From IMG/VR virus record IMGVR_UViG_3300025430_000001, positions 1 to 59,503 of that record: a stretch of DNA of 59,503 nucleotides. The stretch is one strand, 5' to 3'. A program made the position numbers and the translations under genes. The notes below the pieces were generated by a model. That model was not told the origin of the DNA. It made no database searches and saw only the letters and a program-made list of their open reading frames with translations. Source of the DNA: a virus (Duplodnaviria > Caudoviricetes). Shown here piece after piece: positions 25,637 to 34,909 of this stretch; positions within the stretch are counted from its first letter, which is position 1; each line of letters starts with the position of its first letter.

Positions 25637-28600
25637 CGGGCTTTATTGCCATTGGCGTCTTGGTAGACTTTACCCGCCTCTGGCGTGATATTTCCTGTCA
25701 TGCCAGCACCGGGCTTCATTGCAGCCTCAGTTTGGTTGACAAACTTTTCATAGTCGTTTTCAGGAGCCGACAAGAATTTATTTTGATATCCTTGGACATC
25801 ATAATTCTGCTCTTCGGGCTTGTAACCCATATTCATTTTGTCTTGATAATTGACCGATGCCTTTGCACGAGAAATAATATGATGGACAGCGCCGGGCTCC
25901 ATGTTTGGATTGGCAATTTGCCGCTGCAATGCTTCGAGTTCAGCCTTCGGCGCACCGGCAGGCAAGCCAGCCAATTGGGCCGTCATAAGAGATGCTGCAC
26001 CCTTCAGTGCGCTTTGATAGTTTGAAGCATCAGCATCATGAAGCGATGGGTAATTTCCTTGAGGATCAAGGGCCGTCATAAGCTGCTGGAATGATGCTCG
26101 TGCGGTGTCAGCACCAGACCTAAATTGGGAATAGACATTCTCCAAATCGGTCAGGTTTTGCTTAATGTTAGGTGCAGCCCGATTGAACGAGATCGCTTGA
26201 TTAACGAAGTCGCCAGATTGCGCCATACGTTGCCCAGCCAGTGTGGATTGTTGCCCAGCACTAATCGCACCGGGGGCGTTTACAGTTTCGCCAGCGACAT
26301 TCTGTGTCCTTTGATTGGCAACAATTTGATCAAGGTTATGCTGCGCTGATTCAACAGCACCCTTCATATAGAGTGACTGAATGCCTGCGTTTTTGGCAAT
26401 AAAGGCTCTAAGGTACCCTTGATCGTTCATGGCCGGAATATTTACGCCATTGCGGTTGATGCTAAGACTATTCATTTCTGGAATTGAATAGCTAAAGCCT
26501 TGCCCAGAAGGCTGCGCAGAACTCGTGTCTTGAATGCCTTCAGGCAATGCTCCCTTATACCCTGAAACCCGTGCGTATTCTTGCAGGGATACCGGAGGAA
26601 GGCCCGATGCAGAACGTGTGGCATTGTATTCGACAAGACCGCTTTGAAGCTGGTTGGCGACAGCAATGTTGCGGCTCTGTGCAATTGGCTGATCCAATTG
26701 GCGCTGCATCAAATTGTTTTGCACGTCTTCATAAGCCTTAGCGCCGCCACCAATGCCTTGAAGAATGGCAGCACCAAGATACCGGCTATTTGAGCCAGCC
26801 ATCGTACCAAGACCTGCCAAAAGCGGAATAAGGTACTGCTCACTGGTAAGCGCATCGCCGATACCCTTAAGCGGGGATGGCTTCTGCGCTGCACTATCTG
26901 GTGCTTGGAAGCCCGGCTGATCGCTAACTACTGCGGCTGGTGCGGCATTCGGCGCTGGACGATCCGCAAGGCCTGCCCATGTCGGGGAAAGCGCCGCCTT
27001 CATTTCTGGCGTAACACCGTTGCTTTGAAGGTCAGCATCCAGATCGCGTCCGGTACGCTTATTGTAATCTTGCGACGCAAGCTTAATTGCTGCTGCATCT
27101 TGATTTTTAGGGGTCATTGGCGCGTTGCCAGTTGTCCGATCCCATGTGTCCTTGACAAATTGGTAAGCGCCCGTAGCGGTGCTCGTGCCATCTGGCCCAA
27201 CAACTCCGGGATGTGGCGCATTAAGGTCAACTCGACCCTTGCCGCCATTTTGAATGTCGTATTGACCGCCGCTTTCTGGCTGCTTAATCGCAGAAAGTAA
27301 TGGCTTCCAATGCTGAGGAACCGCACTCGTGAAACCATCATTCGATGTGTCAAAACTATCATCTGCAGAAGCGACAACGCCACCTGCTGGAGCAGACCCA
27401 GCATCGCCACCATCAGCATGATGCTCACGACCGGCGACGCCGCCATCCTTCAGCGCAAGAGTAAAAGGCCCAAGTGATGAAAGGAAGCTGCCGATGCCAC
27501 TTGCTGCGGCTCCGACGCCAGAACCAATGGTAGAAGCCATCGTTCCGAGGCCAGAAATCTCGCCGGGGATAGCCGCAATCTTGCTAAGGTCACCCAACGT
27601 GCTTGATGGCTGCCCAGTAGGATTTTGAGCCGTCATAAGGCCATGCTGGCCTTTGTCTTTTTCGGTGTCCGAAACCACTTGCGACATTGGATCGTCGGTC
27701 TGGTAAGGCTCGACGCCGCCACCGTCTGCATAACCGACAACGCCGCCGTGGGCCTGCCCTTGTGGCAAATACTGCTTTAAAAGATCGCCAAAACCATACA
27801 TTCCGGTTGAAGGCTGCGCGGCAACTGCGGCCTGCGCTGGCGTATCCCCACTGGCCGGAACAGCGGCCTTGGCGGCTTGCGCAGGCTGACCAACGATGTC
27901 CTTGCGATATTCGTTTGCCTTTTTAATGGTATCGCCAATATTCATGGCACCCTGCACGTCACCCATAAGCGTGTCGCCCTGCTGCGCACGAGCAGGATTG
28001 GCAATGCCTAAATGAGCGACTGGGAGATTTGCCGCTGGAACAACGCCCTTGCCACCCGGCGTACCGGCTGGGGAGCCGCCATAAATTCCACTCTTTGTGA
28101 AGGGGGCATAGGACTGCTGCTGCGACGCCAGAATAGCCGATAGATCATATGGCGATACGACATCGCCGCCGTTAAAATAACCTTCTGCGGCATGCTGCGG
28201 GGATACGACACCACCCTCAGAGTTTGCGGCACCCCCAAACGCCCGATGCACCGGCTCCGAAGCTTGTTCATAATTAACGGTCTTAAAGCCATTCGATTCA
28301 CCAACTGCCTCTGGATGAACCTTTTCAACGTCCTGAGCCATATAACCGGTATGGGTCTGCTCAGTGTCATCTCCCTTGTACTTAAAGGTATAGATCGGCA
28401 GGCCGTTCTTGGCCGTGCCAACGCGCTTGATGTCTTCTTTAAGCCGTGCATCTGATGAGAACCATGACTGCGGTGCCGTCGTAGTCGTGGTCGAGCCAGA
28501 CAGAGCGCCGGTGCCTTCCGCGATGTTCGCGAGGAACTGCGATACTTGGAATGGATAGGCCTGCTGCTGCTGGAACTGATTGTACAGTGCCGACTGTCCA

Positions 28601-29259
28601 GCCTGCGTCGTTTGCTGACCAAGCGTACCCGCGCCAACCTGTGCCTGAGCTCCTTGAAGACCGGCAGTTTGAGCGGCACCAGCGAGATTTCCATACTGTT
28701 GAGCCAACGCACCCTGCTGACCAAGACCCGTCATATAATTTTGTGCCGCAGATTGATAGCCAGTATTAGCCATCTGACCAAGCGTTTGACCCATAGCAAG
28801 GTTCTGTTGGCCCATAAGAGCCGCCTGAGCCACATTGCCACGATCACCACCGAATGCGCCCTGCTGAATAGCACTTCCCTGTAGCTGCTGCTGCTGTTGT
28901 TGGTTCTGCTGGTTCATCATAGCAGCCGTCGAACCCATAGCATTCTGCAAGTAGGGGTTCATATAACCTTGGACATCCTGCTGATAATTTTGAGCATTAT
29001 AACCTTGGGAAGCTCCGGCTGTGCCAGCCATTGCAGCCTGATAACCGGGTTGAGCAGCATTAGCCTGTTGGTTGATATTGTTAATACCAGCCTGCTGCTG
29101 CTCGTTAAGAGGGGCAACAAACGCATTAGGATCAGTGCTATATTGCTGAAACGGCGTACTGGCTGTAGCTTGAGCTTGAGTATTGACAGCGTTGTACCGA
29201 GCCAATACCTCTGGTGGAATGGCTACGCTTGAAGTCGTTGTTCCAGTTTTACCACCCAT
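25603..29259 (-). CDS. Large ejection protein with an internal S74-type chaperone/autoprocessing domain and a lambda-R-like lytic transglycosylase domain
   Basis: Q-rich N-terminus; SDARLKEDI...GYMAQDVE...VNY; AIKQPESGGQY...STATGAYQFVKDTW...QDAAA...LSPTWAGL. Confidence 0.8.
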   Translation of the reverse strand: MGGKTGTTTSSVAIPPEVLARYNAVNTQAQATASTPFQQYSTDPNAFVAPLNEQQQAGINNINQQANAAQPGYQAAMAGTAGASQGYNAQNYQQDVQGYMNPYLQNAMGSTAAMMNQQNQQQQQQLQGSAIQQGAFGGDRGNVAQAALMGQQNLAMGQTLGQMANTGYQSAAQNYMTGLGQQGALAQQYGNLAGAAQTAGLQGAQAQVGAGTLGQQTTQAGQSALYNQFQQQQAYPFQVSQFLANIAEGTGALSGSTTTTTAPQSWFSSDARLKEDIKRVGTAKNGLPIYTFKYKGDDTEQTHTGYMAQDVEKVHPEAVGESNGFKTVNYEQASEPVHRAFGGAANSEGGVVSPQHAAEGYFNGGDVVSPYDLSAILASQQQSYAPFTKSGIYGGSPAGTPGGKGVVPAANLPVAHLGIANPARAQQGDTLMGDVQGAMNIGDTIKKANEYRKDIVGQPAQAAKAAVPASGDTPAQAAVAAQPSTGMYGFGDLLKQYLPQGQAHGGVVGYADGGGVEPYQTDDPMSQVVSDTEKDKGQHGLMTAQNPTGQPSSTLGDLSKIAAIPGEISGLGTMASTIGSGVGAAASGIGSFLSSLGPFTLALKDGGVAGREHHADGGDAGSAPAGGVVASADDSFDTSNDGFTSAVPQHWKPLLSAIKQPESGGQYDIQNGGKGRVDLNAPHPGVVGPDGTSTATGAYQFVKDTWDRTTGNAPMTPKNQDAAAIKLASQDYNKRTGRDLDADLQSNGVTPEMKAALSPTWAGLADRPAPNAAPAAVVSDQPGFQAPDSAAQKPSPLKGIGDALTSEQYLIPLLAGLGTMAGSNSRYLGAAILQGIGGGAKAYEDVQNNLMQRQLDQPIAQSRNIAVANQLQSGLVEYNATRSASGLPPVSLQEYARVSGYKGALPEGIQDTSSAQPSGQGFSYSIPEMNSLSINRNGVNIPAMNDQGYLRAFIAKNAGIQSLYMKGAVESAQHNLDQIVANQRTQNVAGETVNAPGAISAGQQSTLAGQRMAQSGDFVNQAISFNRAAPNIKQNLTDLENVYSQFRSGADTARASFQQLMTALDPQGNYPSLHDADASNYQSALKGAASLMTAQLAGLPAGAPKAELEALQRQIANPNMEPGAVHHIISRAKASVNYQDKMNMGYKPEEQNYDVQGYQNKFLSAPENDYEKFVNQTEAAMKPGAGMTGNITPEAGKVYQDANGNKARWDGSKYIKVQ

Positions 29260-29260
29260 A

Positions 29261-29737
29261 TCAGTGCTCCGTATGTCCGGTCTGGACGTTGTATAAGAAG
29301 AAAGCGCCAGCTGGTGGGCCGAATGAACGCTCGTATAGTTTTACTTTGGCTTCTGTGCGATGATTTGACAGAACGCCAATAATTAGTGGAAGGTTAAGGT
29401 CGTCAGCAACCTTCTTTGAAAAATCACAAAGGCGACGCGCCCTACCGCCCTTTGCGCTTCGGAACTCAGGATCGACAAAAATTGCCTTCTCTTCGAGCAT
29501 CCAAGCATCAGAATACCACATCTGCGTCATCCGTAAAAGGACTGCGCCTTCAATCTTTTCGCCCGGTTCGCCGATGATGCCGACCAGCCCCTGCCACAAA
29601 TAAAGAGCAGGCTTGATCATGCCTAGCATTTTCTGCGGGTTAACGTCCTTAATGCCATTTTCTTCCCACGCATCTAGCGCCAGCTTTAGCATGGCGGTTT
29701 CGTCGGCGGGTGTTCCTAATCTAATCGTTGGTTCCAT
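29261..29737 (-). CDS. GNAT-fold acetyltransferase-like virion assembly protein
   Basis: IRLGTPAD...IFVDPEFRSAKGG.ARRL...KLYER; located just before the ejection genes. Confidence 0.7.
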   Translation of the reverse strand: MEPTIRLGTPADETAMLKLALDAWEENGIKDVNPQKMLGMIKPALYLWQGLVGIIGEPGEKIEGAVLLRMTQMWYSDAWMLEEKAIFVDPEFRSAKGGRARRLCDFSKKVADDLNLPLIIGVLSNHRTEAKVKLYERSFGPPAGAFFLYNVQTGHTEH

Positions 29738-29738
29738 T

Positions 29739-30404
29739 TTAATCTCTCTTTGGGCCGGGAAGTTTCTTCAATGTATCAATCGTTTTCTTGCGGTATCCGG
29801 TCACGAAGTGGTCGAGGATTTCGTGGCCATGGTCAATGTCCCCACCACCAATGCGGGTGACGTCGTCTGGTTCAATAACATATTCGCCACCGGCTGCAAC
29901 GATCTCGACCGGCGCTGTGCCACCCGACGCCAAATGAGAACCGTATGGGCCAGCGCTGCCTTTATACGGTGCGCCGGAAGCATTATACGGAGCTTTGGAG
30001 CCATTGTAGGGCGCATTGCCAGCCCCGTAGGGAGTGGCACCATGTTCCATGTATGGCTTTGACGAAAACATGCGCTTGGCGATCTTGAAGCCTGCCATCG
30101 TGTTGCCTTCGCCCATTGCGCCGATGATGTCGGCTGGGATCACGTAAGACCCCGACGGCACGTTCATTGGAAGGTGATCGGTGCGGCCAGCCACGGGGCT
30201 GTGGATCGGTCCCACATGCAACTGGTGCTTAGGTGCTCCCAGACCCAAGGCAATCTGCTCACCCATGCCACCACCAGCGAGACGCGAATGCCGAGCCGTA
30301 TTCAGCGCAGCGGCAACGGCCTGATCCTGCGGGTGCCCAGCGCTGATCATTTCGCCGATGTTGTGGCTGATTGTTTTCTGGGACTTGCCCTTCGATAGCG
30401 GCAT
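29739..30404 (-). CDS. Hypothetical structural-module protein (GRTDHLP/GEYVI domain with 7-aa PY repeats)
   Basis: MPLSKGKSQKTIS N-terminus; GPIHSPVAGRTDHLPMNVPSGSYVIPAD; VAAGGEYVIEPD. Confidence 0.75.
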   Translation of the reverse strand: MPLSKGKSQKTISHNIGEMISAGHPQDQAVAAALNTARHSRLAGGGMGEQIALGLGAPKHQLHVGPIHSPVAGRTDHLPMNVPSGSYVIPADIIGAMGEGNTMAGFKIAKRMFSSKPYMEHGATPYGAGNAPYNGSKAPYNASGAPYKGSAGPYGSHLASGGTAPVEIVAAGGEYVIEPDDVTRIGGGDIDHGHEILDHFVTGYRKKTIDTLKKLPGPKRD

Positions 30405-30411
30405 AGCAACC

Positions 30412-30759
30412 TCAACTATAGGAGACGGCGACGATCATGCCGGAACCGGGGGTGATGACGATGCCTTTATTGACAGGCATATTGATGGTGTAGATGCCGA
30501 CGGTATTGGGAATGACGGCCAATCGAACACCGGTTACCGCCGTGGCAACCGAGTTGGCGTCATAGATGGTGCCGGTGGTTGTCCCGGCCACGATAACGCT
30601 GACCTTAGCAACCCAGCCAATCGGCGTGGCAAAGTACGTCGCGGCGCTTATCTCGTAGGTGTTGATAGTACCGGCGAGATTTTGCGTCGTGTGATTCAGA
30701 GCGTTGATGCCTTGAACGCCGTTCTTTTGAGCAGTCAGAAAGTCGTCTGGTGACGCCAT
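30412..30759 (-). CDS. Small putative virion protein
   Basis: 115 aa, beta-rich, coupled to the upstream gene. Confidence 0.7.
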   Translation of the reverse strand: MASPDDFLTAQKNGVQGINALNHTTQNLAGTINTYEISAATYFATPIGWVAKVSVIVAGTTTGTIYDANSVATAVTGVRLAVIPNTVGIYTINMPVNKGIVITPGSGMIVAVSYS

Positions 30760-32801
30760 TAGAATTTCCCATCCGGTTGGAACCGATACCTGATAGCACC
30801 CAGACGCCAGAAGGTGCCCACGTCGCTAGAAGACACAGCGATGGACATCAGACGGGCGCGAATGCGGACGGAGATGTACTCCGTTGCCTGTGTCATGTTG
30901 TAGGGGCCATAGGCCGTCACCGCGTCGCCGGGGTAGTTGGTCACGTAGAATGTAATCTGCACCGTGGCATTCTGCGAACCGCTGTATGTACCCCACTTCA
31001 TGTCCGGCCAAATTTGGTCGATGAAGATCAGATCATCGGCTTCGTTGAGCTGGAAGAAGCCGGTCTGGAACGAAGACAGCATGGCCGTGGTCGATGTACC
31101 GCTGGCCGCGTCGTTTCCTATTTCGTGCTGATATAGGTAATTATCGGAACCAGCACCAATAGGAGGCCCAAGCACAGATTGATCAATCCAAGCAGTACGA
31201 CCAAGAGAGCCATAGTCCCACTGCTGGAGAACCGTATTGTACTTAACATAGGAATCATTCTCCGTCGAACTCGCCGATGGATAGTACCAAGTCACTTCGT
31301 TAAACTGCGAGTTAACGCCGCAGGCAACCTTGTAAAGGTACGAGGTGTTGATGTTTTGGAAGACGACGTCCCAAATAGGGCAGGGAATGCTTTGCGGCCC
31401 CGAACCCATCGACATAAAAAACTGCTTCTGGCTCATCCAGAAAATTGCGCCGTTGAGCTGGCCGGTGCAGTGGCGGGAAATCGCGCCGCAGTTTGAGCCA
31501 ATTTTGTTGAACCCATAGACGAATGGCGCACCAATATACTGCATTGCCCACAAATCAAGATCGGTCCAGATCAAGCCCTGCTGCGGACCCTGAACGGCGG
31601 CGACAATCTTGGAACCGGTAGGGATGCGGTACGAACCAGCCTGATTGGTAGGCGTGGCATTCCACTGGGTGAAGTCGTCGATGTCTGACCAGCGGATAAG
31701 GAGGGGGTCAGGCGCAAGTGTAAACGACGAGCCAAATGCAATGATCTGGCGCTCCGGCATGGCGACGAAGATGCCGCTGTTTACCAGTGGGCCATTGCCG
31801 CCGACGATTTGCGCATTTTGCAACTGGCCGCCGGGCTGCCAGTAATAGACAGCGCCACCTGCAGGACACGCGATTAGGTCTTGGCCGAAGTTGTCAAGCG
31901 TCCAATCGGTAGCTGTGATAGGCGTTCCGGGCACCGAAGGCTGGGTCGTTCCGACACCGAAGCCACCCGTGCCGAAGCCGCCGACGCCGAAACCGCTGCC
32001 GGTAGGCTGTGGGCCAAGGGCCACATAAAATGTGGACTGGATGTTGCCGGAATTGATTGAAACGGGGCCAGCCGTCGATGTGGCTGTATTCGCAGCAGAG
32101 AAGGTAAACGTATTTACCGTTGGAACGGTAAGAACGGTATACAGGCCGGACAAAGTAAGGCCACCAAGTGTTGTCGCAACGCCAACATAAAATTGATCAC
32201 CAACATTATAACCGTGATTATTTAATGTTGCCGATATGATTGATGAACCGCTAGTCGTTGAAAACGCATAGGATGCACCACCGTTTGATACCGTAGATGT
32301 TGCCAGCCCTGATGCAATGATTGTGTAAGTTGTCCCGGACGCCGTGAAGAGGGCATATGGACCCGACAGGATTAACCCACCGACTGAAACGGGGGTCACA
32401 AATTCCACGAAGTCCAATGTAGACGCAGTGATGCCAGCATCGACAATGGTTACCGTGTTGGAACCGGATGTCGTCGAAAAATTAGGCGCTGGGTTTGTAG
32501 TCGTTATTTGGGGCGTGATATCGACGAGGTTATTTCTCGTCAGCACCGTTAAAGACGCCTCGGCACCAATGCCAAGATGGTTTGTGGCGTTGAGGTCAGC
32601 CCAGCCTTTTAGAGCGCGAATTTTAGATGACAGGGCAGAATTGTAATATGATACCCAGCCGCCGAGCTTTTGAGCCAGACCGTAGCCGTTGCGCTCTGGA
32701 AGAAACCGGATCAGGGCCGATGACGAGTAAGCAGCCTCGTTGAGCGCCAACGTGGTGTTGGTCTCGACGCCGGGATTAAGCTTAATCGTGTTATGCGGCA
32801 T
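30759..32801 (-). CDS. Tail nozzle / packaged-DNA stabilization protein (P22 gp10 / T7 gp12-like)
   Basis: 680 aa beta-propeller-like (IRWSD, NCGAIS, FNEVTWYYPS) at the canonical position. Confidence 0.75.
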   Translation of the reverse strand: MPHNTIKLNPGVETNTTLALNEAAYSSSALIRFLPERNGYGLAQKLGGWVSYYNSALSSKIRALKGWADLNATNHLGIGAEASLTVLTRNNLVDITPQITTTNPAPNFSTTSGSNTVTIVDAGITASTLDFVEFVTPVSVGGLILSGPYALFTASGTTYTIIASGLATSTVSNGGASYAFSTTSGSSIISATLNNHGYNVGDQFYVGVATTLGGLTLSGLYTVLTVPTVNTFTFSAANTATSTAGPVSINSGNIQSTFYVALGPQPTGSGFGVGGFGTGGFGVGTTQPSVPGTPITATDWTLDNFGQDLIACPAGGAVYYWQPGGQLQNAQIVGGNGPLVNSGIFVAMPERQIIAFGSSFTLAPDPLLIRWSDIDDFTQWNATPTNQAGSYRIPTGSKIVAAVQGPQQGLIWTDLDLWAMQYIGAPFVYGFNKIGSNCGAISRHCTGQLNGAIFWMSQKQFFMSMGSGPQSIPCPIWDVVFQNINTSYLYKVACGVNSQFNEVTWYYPSASSTENDSYVKYNTVLQQWDYGSLGRTAWIDQSVLGPPIGAGSDNYLYQHEIGNDAASGTSTTAMLSSFQTGFFQLNEADDLIFIDQIWPDMKWGTYSGSQNATVQITFYVTNYPGDAVTAYGPYNMTQATEYISVRIRARLMSIAVSSSDVGTFWRLGAIRYRFQPDGKF

Positions 32802-32804
32802 GTA

Positions 32805-33515
32805 TTATACCCTGATCGGGGTTGCGGCAGGGGCAGGGGAGTAGGACGACCAAGCGGAGGCTTCGTACTTCTTGCGGTTTTCTTCGACCATGGCCGAGCG
32901 CAGAAGGGCTTGATACTGGTTCTCGTAGCTTTGGGCCATCTGCGGATCATCCGACTGACGGCCAAAATTGCGCTGGTATGCCGAGATGTAGATCATGGAT
33001 GCCATGATCATCATGTCCGGTAGATTGGTCGAGATGTATGTCATCGTATTCGTGGCCGAAAGCGGCGCAGAGCGCACGGTGCCCGTCAGGCGCACCTGAT
33101 ACGCCGAATCAGGAATAGGGCCGACAATCATGATCTGGGAAGTGTAGCCAGTGGTAGCTGAATCGCCGCCATATTCGGCGTAATAGGTGGGAAGGCCAGC
33201 GGTCGATCCGCTGCCATATACGTTCTGCAAAAATTCCTTCGTGACCGGCAGGAGCGGTGATGAATTTCCGCTATTATCGATTACTTCCAGTGTTTCGGTC
33301 GTCACGAACTGCGACTGCGGGATCGTCAGCGTGTTGTTGTTTGCCGTGAACGAGTACGCGGTCGTGCTAATCTGGGTTGACAGAAAGTCGATGTCGCGCT
33401 GCATTCGCAACTCGGCATACGAGATCATCTGTGGCAAAATGATCTGATAGTTGGTGTCCGTCACCGGAACCACCGCCATCGTAGCGATTTGTTGCACAAA
33501 AGTGTTGTAATCCAT
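32805..33515 (-). CDS. Head-tail adaptor / tail tubular-like protein
   Basis: AELRMQRD...G.P.YY...VGPIPD..Y...PDMMIMAS pattern. Confidence 0.7.
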   Translation of the reverse strand: MDYNTFVQQIATMAVVPVTDTNYQIILPQMISYAELRMQRDIDFLSTQISTTAYSFTANNNTLTIPQSQFVTTETLEVIDNSGNSSPLLPVTKEFLQNVYGSGSTAGLPTYYAEYGGDSATTGYTSQIMIVGPIPDSAYQVRLTGTVRSAPLSATNTMTYISTNLPDMMIMASMIYISAYQRNFGRQSDDPQMAQSYENQYQALLRSAMVEENRKKYEASAWSSYSPAPAATPIRV

Positions 33516-33517
33516 GA

Positions 33518-34030
33518 CTACCTAGCCAAGTTAAAAGCAATTCGCTCGACTTCCGAAACGCGTTTAGACCAGCCTTTGCCAAAGGTATCATAGGTGGCAA
33601 GACTTTGCAAAAAAGCTAATCGAGCTTCGCAGACGGACGTAACAACATCACGAGGGTTTGCCGCTTCAAGAGCACTAATTGTAGCTGACCCGATTTTTCC
33701 GTCCGCATTAACACCGATAACCGTTTGAAGGGTTTTCGCTGCGCGGGACGGCCCCGAATTGATGGCAAAATCGAAGACGGCATAATCCACCCCTACAGGA
33801 AGATTGTCACCGTTTATAGCATCCCAATACCTTGTGCGATAGAGCGGTTCGACATCTTCCGGCGTTAACGCCTTGATATCGTCTTTGGTTACCGAATGTC
33901 CAACATACTGTTCCCAAACTGCTTTAGTGCATCCTAAGTTGGTTGCACCACCGGGGTCTTTGGGGTTGTCAACATATCCGCCCTCGTTTTGAAGGACGAG
34001 CACGAAGCAGGGCTGCCAGTTACTTTGCAT
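33518..34030 (-). CDS. Endolysin, glycoside hydrolase family 108 with peptidoglycan-binding domain
   Basis: EGGYVDNPKDPGGATNLG, FDFAINSG, DGKIG, FGKGW.KRV. Confidence 0.92.
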   Translation of the reverse strand: MQSNWQPCFVLVLQNEGGYVDNPKDPGGATNLGCTKAVWEQYVGHSVTKDDIKALTPEDVEPLYRTRYWDAINGDNLPVGVDYAVFDFAINSGPSRAAKTLQTVIGVNADGKIGSATISALEAANPRDVVTSVCEARLAFLQSLATYDTFGKGWSKRVSEVERIAFNLAR

Positions 34031-34394
34031 GGACACCCAACGTCTTTTCATAGGTACGCAAACCAGCCATACCAAGCATGGCGGTTACTAATTCCATAAG
34101 GGACTGATCCAGAGTAGGCAAATCATGCCACCCCGCCCCAACGGCGATTGGACGCAGAAGGTATTGGTATGCGAGGCCAAGTGCGCCAACCCACCCAATA
34201 GCAGGCCGCCAGCCACTAACAAAAATAGAAGACGATTGTGCTTCATTTGCATTCACCTGATTTTGTTGTTCGTCCCAGCCCTGCAGGGAGGTCCGTAGGG
34301 CTGCCTCGGCTTCCGCCCGTTGATTTGGGTCGGGAATGAATTTGTTGACGATCTGCAGGCCTGCGCTGATTGCGTCGTCTATACCAAATGCCAT
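34020..34394 (-). CDS. Holin (3-TM, GTA-holin-like)
   Basis: KFIPDP...SIFVSGWRPAIGWV...MLGMAGLRTYEK. Confidence 0.85.
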   Translation of the reverse strand: MAFGIDDAISAGLQIVNKFIPDPNQRAEAEAALRTSLQGWDEQQNQVNANEAQSSSIFVSGWRPAIGWVGALGLAYQYLLRPIAVGAGWHDLPTLDQSLMELVTAMLGMAGLRTYEKTLGVHAK

Positions 34395-34399
34395 AATAT

Positions 34400-34591
34400 T
34401 TACTCTGCTGGAGTTTCGGCTGGAGCTTCTGTTGCGGCAGTAGACGCTGCTAATTCTACTTGTGGCTTAGCTTGCCCATGAAGTGCTGCAATAACATCCG
34501 CAACTTCAGCGTAAATGCCGTTAGCCAGATGCTTAAGAATTGCATTAACGTGAGCAACAGTGAGTTTTAGATCAAGTTCTAGATTATCCAT
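34400..34591 (-). CDS. Small protein, paralog of 23121..23291
   Basis: MDNLELDLKLTVAHVNAILKHLA; GAGG RBS. Confidence 0.8.
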   Translation of the reverse strand: MDNLELDLKLTVAHVNAILKHLANGIYAEVADVIAALHGQAKPQVELAASTAATEAPAETPAE

Positions 34592-34600
34592 TGTGTCCTC

Positions 34601-34909
34601 TTAAAATGGTGGCGATTGCGGTTGTGATACAGGGTGAGATAACTGCGCTATTTGCGCCGATATCCCCATTTCTACGGCTGGCATACTAATGCAATCCGCC
34701 ACCCACTTATAAGCCATTTCTTGGGTGATGTCAGCATATGGAACAAATTCTGCTGGGCTAGGCGTACTTAACTTTGCAGTACCAGATGCTGATGACGAGA
34801 TAGTTCCATCAGTTCCAGTGCATACCCAATTAATAGCCGTAACCACATTGGCTAAACCATCATATACTGGCGTCACTATAAACTGAGGGAATGTCCAAGT
34901 AAATTGCAT
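34601..34909 (-). CDS. Tail-fibre-associated hypothetical protein
   Basis: FTW...NVV..INW...FVPYADIT. Confidence 0.7.
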   Translation of the reverse strand: MQFTWTFPQFIVTPVYDGLANVVTAINWVCTGTDGTISSSASGTAKLSTPSPAEFVPYADITQEMAYKWVADCISMPAVEMGISAQIAQLSHPVSQPQSPPF

